Below are positions 55,015-64,000 of a stretch of 64,000 bases of DNA, piece by piece. The notes below the pieces were generated by a model, which had not been told where the DNA came from, searched no databases, and saw only the letters and a list, made by a program, of their open reading frames with translations. Position numbers and translations under genes: made by a program. Position 1 is the stretch's first letter. Each line of letters opens with the position of its first letter. Origin of the DNA: Vulcanimicrobiota bacterium (GTDB lineage Bacteria; Vulcanimicrobiota; Vulcanimicrobiia; Vulcanimicrobiales; Vulcanimicrobiaceae); contig CAWGBN010000006.1 of the NCBI GenBank assembly GCA_963820825.1, positions 288,001-352,000 of the forward strand. The letters run 5' to 3'.

Positions 55015-55973
55015 GACGCGCCTCGTTTGTCGCAGCCGCCGCCGGCGCCGCTGCGGTCGCAGCGCTTCCGAAGATCGCAATCGGTATGGAATCCGAGTAT
55101 CGGCTTGAGACGACGACCGGAACGATCGATGGATCGCTGGAGAGCGTCGCCGCGTCGCCCGCACCCGTCGTCCTGATCGTTGCCGGTTCGGGCCCGACCG
55201 ATCGGAACGGTAACTCACCGCGTTACGGACTCATGACCGACGCATACAAACTACTCGCGGCGGACCTTGCACGCGAGAACGTCGCTTCGCTGCGATACGA
55301 TAAGCGCGGAATCGGTGCGAGTTCCGCCGCGATGGCGTCGGAGGAGAGCCTAACGTTCGATACGTACGTGAACGACGCGGCCGATTGGCTGCGCCGGCTT
55401 CGCGCCGACGGCCGATTCTCGAAGATCGTCATCGCGGGCCATAGCGAAGGCTCGCTCGTCGCGATGATTGCCGCGCAGCGGGCGCCGGCCGATGCCTTCG
55501 TGAGTCTGGAAGGCGCGGGACGTCCGATTCCGGTGGTGTTGCGCGAGCAGCTCAAGCCAAAGCTCTCCGCCGAACTCTACGCCCAGGCCGACGCCATCAT
55601 CTCATCGCTGCAGAAGGGAAAGCGCGTCGCCGACATTCCATCGGATCTCATGGTGCTCTTTCGTCCGTCCGTGCAGCCGTATCTCATATCGTGGTTCAAG
55701 TACGATCCGGCGGTGGAGATCGCGAAGCTTCGCATACCGCTCACGATCGTGCAAGGCACTGCCGACGTGCAGGTGACGATGAACGACGCGCAGGCATTGC
55801 ATGCGGCGGCCCCGTCGTCGCGGCTTCTCGTTGTGGAGGGGATGAACCACGTGCTCAAATACTCGCCCGACGTTTCGTCGCCGGCTGCGATTGCCAAAGC
55901 GTACGCAGACCCTTCGCTTCCGATCGATCCGCAAGTAACGGATACGATCGTAGCTGCGGCAGGACATGCGTAA
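55011..55973 (+). CDS. Exported alpha/beta hydrolase
   Basis: RR..F signal; AGSGPTDRNGN, RYDKRG.G.S, GHSEG, QG..D.QV, MNHVLK. Confidence 0.9.
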   Translation: MRRASFVAAAAGAAAVAALPKIAIGMESEYRLETTTGTIDGSLESVAASPAPVVLIVAGSGPTDRNGNSPRYGLMTDAYKLLAADLARENVASLRYDKRGIGASSAAMASEESLTFDTYVNDAADWLRRLRADGRFSKIVIAGHSEGSLVAMIAAQRAPADAFVSLEGAGRPIPVVLREQLKPKLSAELYAQADAIISSLQKGKRVADIPSDLMVLFRPSVQPYLISWFKYDPAVEIAKLRIPLTIVQGTADVQVTMNDAQALHAAAPSSRLLVVEGMNHVLKYSPDVSSPAAIAKAYADPSLPIDPQVTDTIVAAAGHA

Positions 55974-56008
55974 GCGAGTTGCATCCCTGTTGGAGATTTT
56001 ACTCTCGA

Positions 56009-56072
56009 GGTAATGCGTCATCCGCTTTTAAGCGGGGTAAAGGTCCGTTACCGCACCTACAGATGCATTACC
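56009..56072. other. Compact three-stem structured element of unknown class
   Basis: Outer stem GGTAATGCGTC/GATGCATTACC encloses CCGCT-TTTA-AGCGG and GGTAA-AGGTCCG-TTACC. Confidence 0.45.
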
Positions 56073-56171
56073 GCGCCCCGGTTCGCGTCGCTGGTCCGAG
56101 ATGGCGCTTTGCGGCCCCGGATCGCTTTGCACGAGGCGGCTTGAGCTCGCGCGTCGCGAGAATTCGGTGGT

Positions 56172-56693
56172 TCAAAGTTCTGCTGCCAGTAGGTTTCGCC
56201 ATGCAGCATATGCGTCGGCGTTTTGCGATGTGGCCTTGGTCTGAGCCAGCATCGCACTACCGAATGAGCGAAAGTCGCTGCCAAATTGACTCTCCAAAAG
56301 CTTCCATGCGGCGCGCATTCCGGGCGTCGAGAAATAGAATTTGACACCCGCAACATAGCTATCGAACGCCGCGTCCGAAAGCATCCCAGCCTCGTGCTGA
56401 AGAAATGAGTCCTCGCCACTGAGAAACAGCGCGCGACAGAGCCACATCCATTGAGTGAATTCCTCTCGCGTTAGCTCCGTGTCTCCCGCCATACCTTTTT
56501 GGAGAACGCGCACGAGCTCAGAGCTCGCAACTGCCAAAGCGGCTTGGGAGGTCCGATCTGCTCGTCCCTGCTGCATCGTCGCGCGCTGAACACGCTCGGC
56601 TTGACGCACCTGCTGCGCCAGATACAGGAGAGAAGCGATCACCGCCACCGCGGCGATCGACTGGCTGACATAAAAGATGTGCTCAAGGGACAT
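56172..56693 (-). CDS. Hypothetical protein with N-terminal membrane anchor
   Basis: I.AVAV.ASL.YLA.Q.RQ..E..F.Q..G.L..PG.R..W..F..FR.F; looks like a conserved hypothetical family. Confidence 0.7.
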   Translation of the reverse strand: MSLEHIFYVSQSIAAVAVIASLLYLAQQVRQAERVQRATMQQGRADRTSQAALAVASSELVRVLQKGMAGDTELTREEFTQWMWLCRALFLSGEDSFLQHEAGMLSDAAFDSYVAGVKFYFSTPGMRAAWKLLESQFGSDFRSFGSAMLAQTKATSQNADAYAAWRNLLAAEL

Positions 56694-56800
56694 GATTGCG
56701 CCCAGGCATGCTGTGGGCGATATCTCGCCTCCTCCCAAGCTTGAAGATGGCCGCCGCCGCTCCCGGGCGGCGAGGCCGCGAGGCGCAGGAACCCTTTAGG

Positions 56801-57100
56801 TCAGTCTTTCAGCTCAACGAAGACGACGTGTGTATCGGTGGTCCCTATGTTCTCGCCCGTATGGATTTCAGCAGGCCGCCAGAGTGCCCGTCCTGTTTCC
56901 AGAGCGACTTCCTTAACGTCATCGCCAACAGTCAGCCGGCGCCGGAAGTCAGACAGAGTTAACAGCACACTGTTAGGGTGCCGATGTGGTTTCGTCTTCG
57001 CTCCGGGGGTGTCTCGGTAGTCCAGAACTCGGACCCGGCCGTTCTCGAAAATCGTCTTGTACTTGTCCGGATCGGTGTACGTCGGATCTAGATCGTCCAT
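56801..57100 (-). CDS. Small cupin-fold protein
   Basis: DP..P..Y..FEN.RVRVL..PG..H.HP..H.GENIG.T..VELK. Confidence 0.82.
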   Translation of the reverse strand: MDDLDPTYTDPDKYKTIFENGRVRVLDYRDTPGAKTKPHRHPNSVLLTLSDFRRRLTVGDDVKEVALETGRALWRPAEIHTGENIGTTDTHVVFVELKD

Positions 57101-57294
57101 GTGGCAGCCCCCTTTCTCTCAACGGCGCTACGCTCGAAAGGGGACGTTCCTCTTCCCCGGCGAGTGACATTACCGAAGCCTCAGGCTGGGCTCTAGGGGT
57201 TCGCGCAGGCACTCCAAAACCACCCTATCTTGCCTCGAAAAGTGGCATAACTTTGGGATACCCGCCATCTCCCCACGCTGCGCTGACGCAGCGG

Positions 57295-58140
57295 TCATAC
57301 GATCCGGGCTGGTACGGTATAGACGTTCGCGCGGTCGCCGCGCACGAAACCCGCGAGCGTCACGTTAAACTCGCGGGCTACGTCGACGGCGAGACTGCTC
57401 GGCGCGGAAACCGATGCAACGATCGGAACGCCGGCCATGACGGCTTTCTGGAGTATCTCGTAGCTCGCTCGGCCGCTGACCATCAACACGCACCCGCGCA
57501 GCGGTAAGCGCGCATCGAGCAGCGCCCAGCCGACGAGTTTGTCGACCGCGTTATGGCGTCCGACGTCTTCGCGAACGATCACGGCCTCGCCATTCGCAGT
57601 GAAAAGCGCGGCCGCGTGTAGGCCGCCGGTCGTCGAAAAGACGCGCTGGGCCGCGCGCATGCGCTCGGGCAAAGAGTAGAGCACGCCATGCGCTAGTCGC
57701 AGGTCGTCGTCGATCGGCGCGGCACCGAGCTCGCGCAGCGATTCGAGCTGCGCGCGTCCGCAGACGCCGCACGCGCTGCTCATCGCGAAGTGTCGTTCGA
57801 AGCGCTGCAGGTCGCGCACTCGCACAGACGAGCGAAGTTCGATGCTGACGACGTTGTAGCGCTGATCGGGGTCGAGCGCGGGGTCGAGGCAATAGGTAAC
57901 TTCGGCGATCTCGTTGCGGTCGCGCACGATGCCTTCGTTGTGGACGAAGCCCGCGGCGAGCTCGAAATCGTTACCGGGGGTGCGCATCGTCACGGCGAGA
58001 GTTTGCGATCGGCCATTCGTCGAGAGGCGAAGCTCGAGCGGCTCTTCGCCGACGATTTGGTCGTAGCGGCGAGCGCGGTGCTCGCCGTCGAGTGCGACGA
58101 CCTCGGTTTCGACCGTGCGGCCGGCTCTAGTCGTTTCCAT
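57295..58140 (-). CDS. fdhD: Formate dehydrogenase accessory sulfurtransferase
   Basis: EEPL, TMRTPG.D.ELA.GF..EG, SACGVCG, F..TGGLHAA, EDVGRHNAVDK, SGRASYE, SAPSSLA. Confidence 0.96.
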   Translation of the reverse strand: METTRAGRTVETEVVALDGEHRARRYDQIVGEEPLELRLSTNGRSQTLAVTMRTPGNDFELAAGFVHNEGIVRDRNEIAEVTYCLDPALDPDQRYNVVSIELRSSVRVRDLQRFERHFAMSSACGVCGRAQLESLRELGAAPIDDDLRLAHGVLYSLPERMRAAQRVFSTTGGLHAAALFTANGEAVIVREDVGRHNAVDKLVGWALLDARLPLRGCVLMVSGRASYEILQKAVMAGVPIVASVSAPSSLAVDVAREFNVTLAGFVRGDRANVYTVPARIV

Positions 58141-58975
58141 CGTGCTCCAACGGGCGGTTCTGCACGTATTGATAGCCGAACCGGCCCTTGACGCATAAGT
58201 GCCCGCTCGTCGTGCCGTTCTCGATCGGCGAGCTGACCTTCACGATCTCGTTATCCTGCACGTGCAGCGTGAGCGTACAGCCGACGCCGCAGTACGAACA
58301 GATCGTATCGGTGACGGTCTGCTCCGCTTCCTTCCATTCTCCGCGCTCGCGCAGCTCGTATTCGGAGGAGAACATGAGCGCACCGGTCGGGCAGACCCCG
58401 ATGCAGTTTCCGCAATAGACGCAGGCCGAGTCGGGCAGCGGAACGTCGAATTCGGTCGAGATGTGCGCCTCGAAGCCGCGTCCTGCGGCGGCGATAGCAA
58501 AGGTATTCTGCGCGTCGGTTCCGCAGGCTTCGACACACTTATAACAGAGAATGCATTTTCCGTAATCGCGTACGTAGAGCGTGTTGTCAATCTTCACCGG
58601 CTGCGCGACGTGCTCCGCACTCGCGCCGTACCGAGCGGGATCGGCGCCGTATTGCTCGCAGAATCGCAGGGCATCCGGCGCGGTCGAGAGGTCGACCGAC
58701 GAGGCGAGAAACTCGAGGACCATCTTGCGGCTGTGGCGCACGCGTTCCGTATCGGTTCGCACGGCCATGCCGGACTCGGCGCGGCGGGCGCACGCGGGCA
58801 CCAGTACGCGTGCACCTTCGAGCTCGACGACGCAGACTCGACACGCATTGACCGGGGTTAGCGATTCGAGAAAACAGAGCGTCGGCGTCTCGACACCCGC
58901 GCTCGTGCAGGCATCGAGAATCGTTGAACCTTCCGCCACGCGCACGGCGATGCCGTCGATTGTCAGATCTACCAT
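58127..58975 (-). CDS. FDH iron-sulfur subunit (2Fe-2S, 2x4Fe-4S and C-terminal molybdopterin Fe4S4 domain)
   Basis: PTLC..CRVCVVE..AC, CILCYKCVEAC, CVYCGNCIGVCP, TICSYCGVGC..LCVKGRFG. Confidence 0.92.
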   Translation of the reverse strand: MVDLTIDGIAVRVAEGSTILDACTSAGVETPTLCFLESLTPVNACRVCVVELEGARVLVPACARRAESGMAVRTDTERVRHSRKMVLEFLASSVDLSTAPDALRFCEQYGADPARYGASAEHVAQPVKIDNTLYVRDYGKCILCYKCVEACGTDAQNTFAIAAAGRGFEAHISTEFDVPLPDSACVYCGNCIGVCPTGALMFSSEYELRERGEWKEAEQTVTDTICSYCGVGCTLTLHVQDNEIVKVSSPIENGTTSGHLCVKGRFGYQYVQNRPLEHDGND

Positions 58976-60726
58976 AGCTGCAGCTTTCGCGCCGATTCAA
59001 CCGCGTTCGCGGCGGTCTGGCCGAGGCCGCAGATCGACGCGTCGCGCATTACTTGGCCGATCTCGCCGAGCAACGCGAAGTCGCGACGTTCCAAGGCTTC
59101 GACTTGCCGCACCGTTCCGACGCGGCAGGGCACGCACTGCCCGCACGACTCGTCGCGGAAGAACTGCGCGATGCGGCGCACGATTTCGACCATATCGACG
59201 CCCTCGGCAAAGACCATCACGACGCCGGAGCCGAGCGTTGCATTGGCGGCGCGCGCATCCTCGAACGTTAACGGCATTGCGAGCGCCTCGGGTCCGACGA
59301 ACGTCCCCGCCGCGCCCCCGAGCAGAATCGCACGCAAGTGCCGCTCCTCGGCAACGCCGCCGGCTAACTCGATGAGCTCGCCGAGCGTCGTTCCGTGCGG
59401 CACTTCGTAGAGGCCCGGGTGCTCGATTGCACCCGAGAGGCAGAAAAGCCGCGTGCCGGTCGATTGCGGCGTTCCGATGCGCGCGTACGCGGCGCCCCCT
59501 TCGAGCACGATCCAGGGCAGATTCGCGAGCGTTTCGACGTTGTTGACGAGTGTCGGCTTGCCGAAAAGGCCCGCTTCGACCGGAAACGGCGGCTTGGCGC
59601 GGGGTTCACCGCGCTTTCCTTCGATCGAGTTGAAGAGCGCCGTCTCTTCACCGCAAATATACGCGCCGGCGCCACGTCGAATCTCGACGTCGAAGTGCAC
59701 GCCGCGCCCCATCACGTCGCCGCCGAGCAATCCATGCTTGCGTGCCTGCGCGATCGCGTTGGCGAAGCGTTGCGCGGCAAGTGGATACTCGCCGCGAATA
59801 TAAATGTGCCCGTACTCGCAGCCGGCGGCATACGCTGCGATCGTCATCCCCTCGAGGATCGCAAAGGGGTCGTGTTCCATCAAAATGCGATCTTTGAACG
59901 TGCCCGGTTCGGATTCGTCGGCGTTGCAAATGAGATAGTGCGGCCGCACCGGCGCCTGCGCGACGGCCTGCATTTTGCGGCCGGTCGGAAAGGCCGCGCC
60001 GCCACGCCCCAGCAGATTCGATGCCTGCACCTCGGCAATGACGCGTTCGGGTCCCAGCTCGAGTGCTTTGCGCAGTGCGTGGTAGCCATCGTGTGCGCGA
60101 TACTCGTCGAGGCTTTCGGGATCGATCTTGTCGATTCGGCGAAGGAGCCGAAGCTCGGTGCCGTCGATGTGCGGTGTGGGCGGATCGCCCGCGTGCGCCT
60201 CGCTCGTCATCAGATTCGTCAAGCGATGCGCGTTGACGGGTGCGAGCGCGCGGGCCGACGGAGCTTCACCGGCTTCAGTAATAAACGCAGCCGGTGCGCG
60301 ATCGCAGAGACCGAGGCACGGCGAACGCAGCCACGTCGTCTGCGTATCCGCGTTGCTCGTCCCCGCCGCACCGAACGCCGACTCCAGCGTCGCGCAGAGC
60401 GACTCGGCGCCGGCGCACCGGCACGCAATGTCGTCGCAGACGTGGACGACGCGCGGCGCTCTCGGAGTTGTCGACAAGAGCGCGTAGAACGACCCGACGC
60501 CGTATGCCTCCGCCGGCGCGACCTCGAGTCGCCGGCCGGCATAGTTGAGCGCTCCCGGACTGATCCAGCCGATGCGGTCTTGCAGCGCGTGCAATACCGG
60601 CAGTAAGAGATGACGGCGCGAGCGCGCCGCCGCACCCGTCTCGCCGCCGGCAGCGCCTCCGATGGCGGCGTCAACGGCCGCCCGCTCGGCGTCCGTCGGC
60701 GCATCGGTTGTAAAATGTAAGTCCAT
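58969..60726 (-). CDS. NuoE/NuoF-like fused diaphorase subunit
   Basis: CDDIAC..CLGLC; GRGGAAFPTG, NADESEPGTFKDR, GAGAYICGEETAL, ESCGQCVPCR..SICGLG; ATG 60726. Confidence 0.93.
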   Translation of the reverse strand: MDLHFTTDAPTDAERAAVDAAIGGAAGGETGAAARSRRHLLLPVLHALQDRIGWISPGALNYAGRRLEVAPAEAYGVGSFYALLSTTPRAPRVVHVCDDIACRCAGAESLCATLESAFGAAGTSNADTQTTWLRSPCLGLCDRAPAAFITEAGEAPSARALAPVNAHRLTNLMTSEAHAGDPPTPHIDGTELRLLRRIDKIDPESLDEYRAHDGYHALRKALELGPERVIAEVQASNLLGRGGAAFPTGRKMQAVAQAPVRPHYLICNADESEPGTFKDRILMEHDPFAILEGMTIAAYAAGCEYGHIYIRGEYPLAAQRFANAIAQARKHGLLGGDVMGRGVHFDVEIRRGAGAYICGEETALFNSIEGKRGEPRAKPPFPVEAGLFGKPTLVNNVETLANLPWIVLEGGAAYARIGTPQSTGTRLFCLSGAIEHPGLYEVPHGTTLGELIELAGGVAEERHLRAILLGGAAGTFVGPEALAMPLTFEDARAANATLGSGVVMVFAEGVDMVEIVRRIAQFFRDESCGQCVPCRVGTVRQVEALERRDFALLGEIGQVMRDASICGLGQTAANAVESARKLQLW

Positions 60727-60739
60727 CGTTACTACGGTG

Positions 60740-62665
60740 TCATCCTGAGCGCAGGCGCGCAGCGCCGGAGTCGAAGGGCAAGGGGTCGATGCGTACGGCG
60801 CAGGCCTTGAACTCCGCGGTACCGGACTTTGGATCGGTTGCATCGATCGTCAGCAGATTCGTCGCGACGATGTCGTTGAAGTGAAACGTAGTGAAGACCA
60901 AACCTTGACGCAATCCCGGGTCGATGCGGACGGGAACGACGATCGAGCCGCGACGTGAGGTGACGCGCACGCTATCGCCATCCGCAACGCCGTAACGACC
61001 GGCATCCTCAGGCGAGATGTCGAGCGTTTCGCCGCGTCGCATTGGCGACGTGTACCCGCCGCTTTGCACGCCGGTATTGAACGAGTCCAAACGGCGGCCC
61101 GTCGTCAAGCGAACCGGATACTCACTATCGAGCGCTTCCACCGGCGGGTCGTGTTCTACCGCCGCGAATGGTGCGCGGGGGCCTTCGACGGGATCCTGCC
61201 AGAGACGTGCGTGGAGGAAGGGCTCACCCGGATGATTCTCGTCGTAGCACGGCCACGGAATTCCGGCATTTTCCTCGAGCCGGCGATAGCTCATGCCGGC
61301 ATGCCACGGCGAGAGCACGCGGCACTCGTCCCAAGCTTGCTCGGGCGTATAGTCGGGCCAGTCGCGACCGAGGCGCCGCGCGAGCTCGCAAATGATCGCG
61401 ATGTCGTCGCGCGCCTCGCCCGGCGGATCGAGTGCCTTGCGGCAGCGCTGCACCCGGCGTTCGCTGCTCGTCACGGTCCCTTCCGATTCGCACCAGCTTG
61501 CGGTCGCGGGGAAAACGACCTCGGCGAGCTCGCCTGTTTTGGTGAGGAAAATATCTTGCACGATCAGGTGTTTGAGCGAACGAAGGAGCTCGATCGCGTG
61601 CTCCTGGTCGGCTTCGGATTGCGCCGGGTTCTCGCCGACGACGTAGAGCGTGTCGAGCTCCTTGCGTTCGATAGCGTGAAACATATCGGTGAGATTCCAG
61701 CCGCGCCCGCGCGGCAGCGTCGCATTCCAAGCCTGCTCGAACTTGGCGGCGCTCGCCGGATCTTCGACGTCTTGGCCGCCGGGAAACTTGTTGGGGATGG
61801 CGCCCATGTCGCCGCCGCCCTGCACGTTATTCTGCCCGCGCAACGGATTGAGGCCGGAACCGTACCGTCCCACGTGCCCGCAAAGCAGCGCGAGATTGAT
61901 GAGCGCGCGCACGTTGTCGACGGCGTTATGATGCTCGGTGATGCCCAGCGTCCAGCAGAGCTCGGCGCGCTCGGCGAGCGCGTAGCCATGCGCGAACTCG
62001 CGGATCAGTGCCGCCGGCACGCCGGTCGTTTTTTCCGCATACTCGAGCGTGTACTCTTCGACCGTCTCTTGGTACTCCTGGAAGCCGCTCGTCGCACGCG
62101 CGATGAACTCCCGATTCTCCAAACCCGACGCCAGGATTTCGCGCCCGACCGCGTTTGCCAGCGCGATATCCGATCCGACGTCGAGGCCAAGCCAACCGTC
62201 GGCCCACTGCGCGCTCGACGTGCGCCGCGGATCGACGACGTACAGCTTGGCACCGCGCCGAAGTCCGCGCAGCACATGGTGAAAGAAGATCGGATGCGTC
62301 TCGCGCGCATTCGACCCCCAGAGCACGATCAGGTCGGTATGCTCGATCTCCTCGTAAGAGCTCGTGCCGCCGCCTGCCCCGAAGACCGCCGTCAGACCGA
62401 CGACGCTCGGGGCGTGTCAAGTACGGTTGCAGCTATCGATGTTGTTGCTCTGCAGCACCGATCGAGCGAACTTTTGCGCGACGTAGTTCATCTCGTTGGT
62501 TGCCTTCGAGCAGCTGAACATCCCAAACGTCCGCGTGCCGTCGCGCTCGCGCGCGTCGCGCAAGCCCGAGGCGGCACGTTCGAGTGCTTCGTCCCAGGAT
62601 GCGCGTCGCAGGCCTTCGCCGTCGCGTACGAGTGGATGCGTCAACCGAAGATAGGGTTTGCTCAC
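60740..62665 (-). CDS. Formate dehydrogenase catalytic (Mo/W-bisPGD) subunit, selenocysteine-containing
   Basis: Reading through TGA 62419-62417 gives one 641-aa ORF: NNIDSCNRT-U-HAPSV..WGSNA.E.HP..LRGQNNVQG..ERRVQ..LTTGR..EFK.CAV. Confidence 0.93.
62377..62412 (-). promoter_or_regulatory. Putative bacterial SECIS hairpin
   Basis: Just 3' of the TGA: CCCCGAG-CGTCGTCG-GTC-TGACGGCG-GTC-TTCGGGG. Confidence 0.7.
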
Positions 62666-62824
62666 GGTTGGCTAATTCGAGCGCTTCCCGGAGCCTCCCC
62701 ACCCGTCCGGGGTAAATGGACGTATCGGATGGCCCGCGGGCGCTCGACGGGTGGCCAAAGGAGCTTTTCGGCGGTGAAGGCAAGACCCGGGGCCTAACGA
62801 TTCCGGCCCGATAAGGAGAGAAGC

Positions 62825-63770
62825 GTGGATCTTTCGTCGATCACGGTCTATACCGGGAATGGCTTCCAGCGCTACGACGATACCAAGGTGGGTCTCCTCA
62901 CGCACGGGCTTCAATACGGGACCGGCTGTTTTGAAGGAATTCGCGGTTACTGGGTGCCGGAAGAGCGCGAGCTCTTTCTAGTGCTGGTGCGCGACCATTA
63001 CGAACGGCTGACCACGTCGGCGAAGATCCTCACGATGAAGCTTCCCAAGACTCCCGACGAGCTGGTCGAGATCACGATCGAGCTTTGTTTGCGCAATCGG
63101 TTCGAGGGTGACGTCTATATCAGGCCTTTCGCATACAAGGCCGCCGAAGACGTCGGCGTGCGGCTGCATAACGTCCCCGATGCTTTCGCAATCGTTCCGA
63201 TCCCCTTCGTTTCGTATATCGATGGGGATCGTCCGCTCGATGTCTGCGTCAGCTCGTGGCGTCGCGCCGACGACACGATGGCGCCGCCGCGCGCAAAGAT
63301 CACCGGGCTCTACGTCAATTTCGGCGCTGGCCAAGAGCGAAGCGATTCAGAACGGTTACGACGAGGCGGTTTTGCTATCGCACGACGGACACGTCGCCGA
63401 AGGCTCGGCCGAAAACATCTTTCTGGTCCGCCGCGGCGTGCTCTACACGCCCGATCCGTCGCAGAACGTGCTCGAGGGCGTTACGCGCCGGGCGATCATG
63501 GAGATCGCTCGCGACGACCTCGGCTTAACGACGGTCGAACGCTCGATCGATCGCGGCGAGCTCTACTGCGCCGACGAAATCTTCTTTACGGGAACCGCCG
63601 TCGGCATCTGTCCGGTCGCGTCGGTCGATCGCCGGCAAGTCGGTGACGGCGGGATCGGGCCGATCACGCGTCGGCTTCGCGCGCTCTACGAACGGATCGT
63701 CACCGGGCGCGAGAGCCGTTACGAAAGCTGGCTGACGCGGGCCTACGCGTCGGCGAAGATCAACGCGTAG
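62825..63770 (+). CDS. ilvE: Branched-chain amino acid aminotransferase, apparent +1 frameshift at 63319-63321
   Basis: HGLQYGTGCFEGIR.Y, YIRP, AKITGLYVN, then in the next frame SALAK.EA..GYDEA..EGSAENIF, LEGVTR, ADEIF.TGTA. Confidence 0.92.
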
Positions 63771-63776
63771 GGGCTA

Positions 63777-63998
63777 TTAGGGCGGCGGCGCCGGGGCGGC
63801 GTCGGTAGCGCCGCTCTCCCAGTAACTGGCATCGGGCGAGAGACCGCTGCTCGGCGTTTCGCCGGAGGCTTGCCGCCAGCGGGCGAGGCGTAGCTCCTGC
63901 GCATAAGCAATGCGCGAAACGGAGTGAATGAAGGAGCGCCCGAGCTCCTTGGAATGCAGGCCGGTCGTCATGACGGCAATCGCATACGGCGCGTCGCT
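63777..63998 (-). CDS. C-terminal part of a probable serine hydrolase/class A beta-lactamase-like protein (truncated by window end)
   Basis: Open frame SDAPYAIAVMT..G..I..VSR..Y resembles the last strand and helix of that fold. Confidence 0.45.
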   Translation of the reverse strand, partial: SDAPYAIAVMTTGLHSKELGRSFIHSVSRIAYAQELRLARWRQASGETPSSGLSPDASYWESGATDAAPAPPP

Positions 63999-64000
63999 GG

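Noticed and set aside
56009..56072. Fluoride riboswitch or twister/hammerhead ribozyme
   Set aside because: Superficial similarity only; required pseudoknot pairings and core nucleotides are missing, and it is not in a 5' UTR.
62417..62665. Separate 82-aa gene or FDH pseudogene
   Set aside because: The TGA is at the Sec position and is followed by a SECIS-like hairpin.
62666..62824. Moco/Wco riboswitch upstream of FDH
   Set aside because: Could not match the conserved motif by eye.

Overview
High-GC chromosomal window from a diderm bacterium. The repertoire (GloVer- and NHL-type beta-propeller lipoproteins beside large STAND-type LuxR/SARP regulators, TonB-dependent receptors, futalosine-type menaquinone genes) suggests Ca. 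Eremiobacterota, by inference only. Housekeeping content: Ku, tRNA-Leu(CAG), zwf-gnd, a cyclophilin, pnp, rpsO, split transketolase, PolX, ilvE, and an NAD-linked formate dehydrogenase module whose catalytic subunit has an in-frame TGA (selenocysteine) and a SECIS-like hairpin. Most interesting: (1) a minus-strand cluster at 36.4-42.4 kb with a Cyc2-like CxxCH cytochrome-porin fusion, three type-1-copper cupredoxin lipoprotein domains (one fused to an SCO copper chaperone), a TPR protein and a two-component system with matching direct-repeat boxes, a candidate copper-protein extracellular electron-transfer system; (2) a membrane protein ending in a RAPP arrest motif just upstream of a TonB-dependent receptor, with two mutually exclusive hairpins controlling the receptor RBS; (3) two identically spaced four-box operators flanking a SARP/BTAD regulator, defining four promoters. 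Four apparent +1 frameshifts (Ku, GNAT, multicopper oxidase, ilvE) are probably sequence errors. No CRISPR array, rRNA, integrase or transposase was seen.
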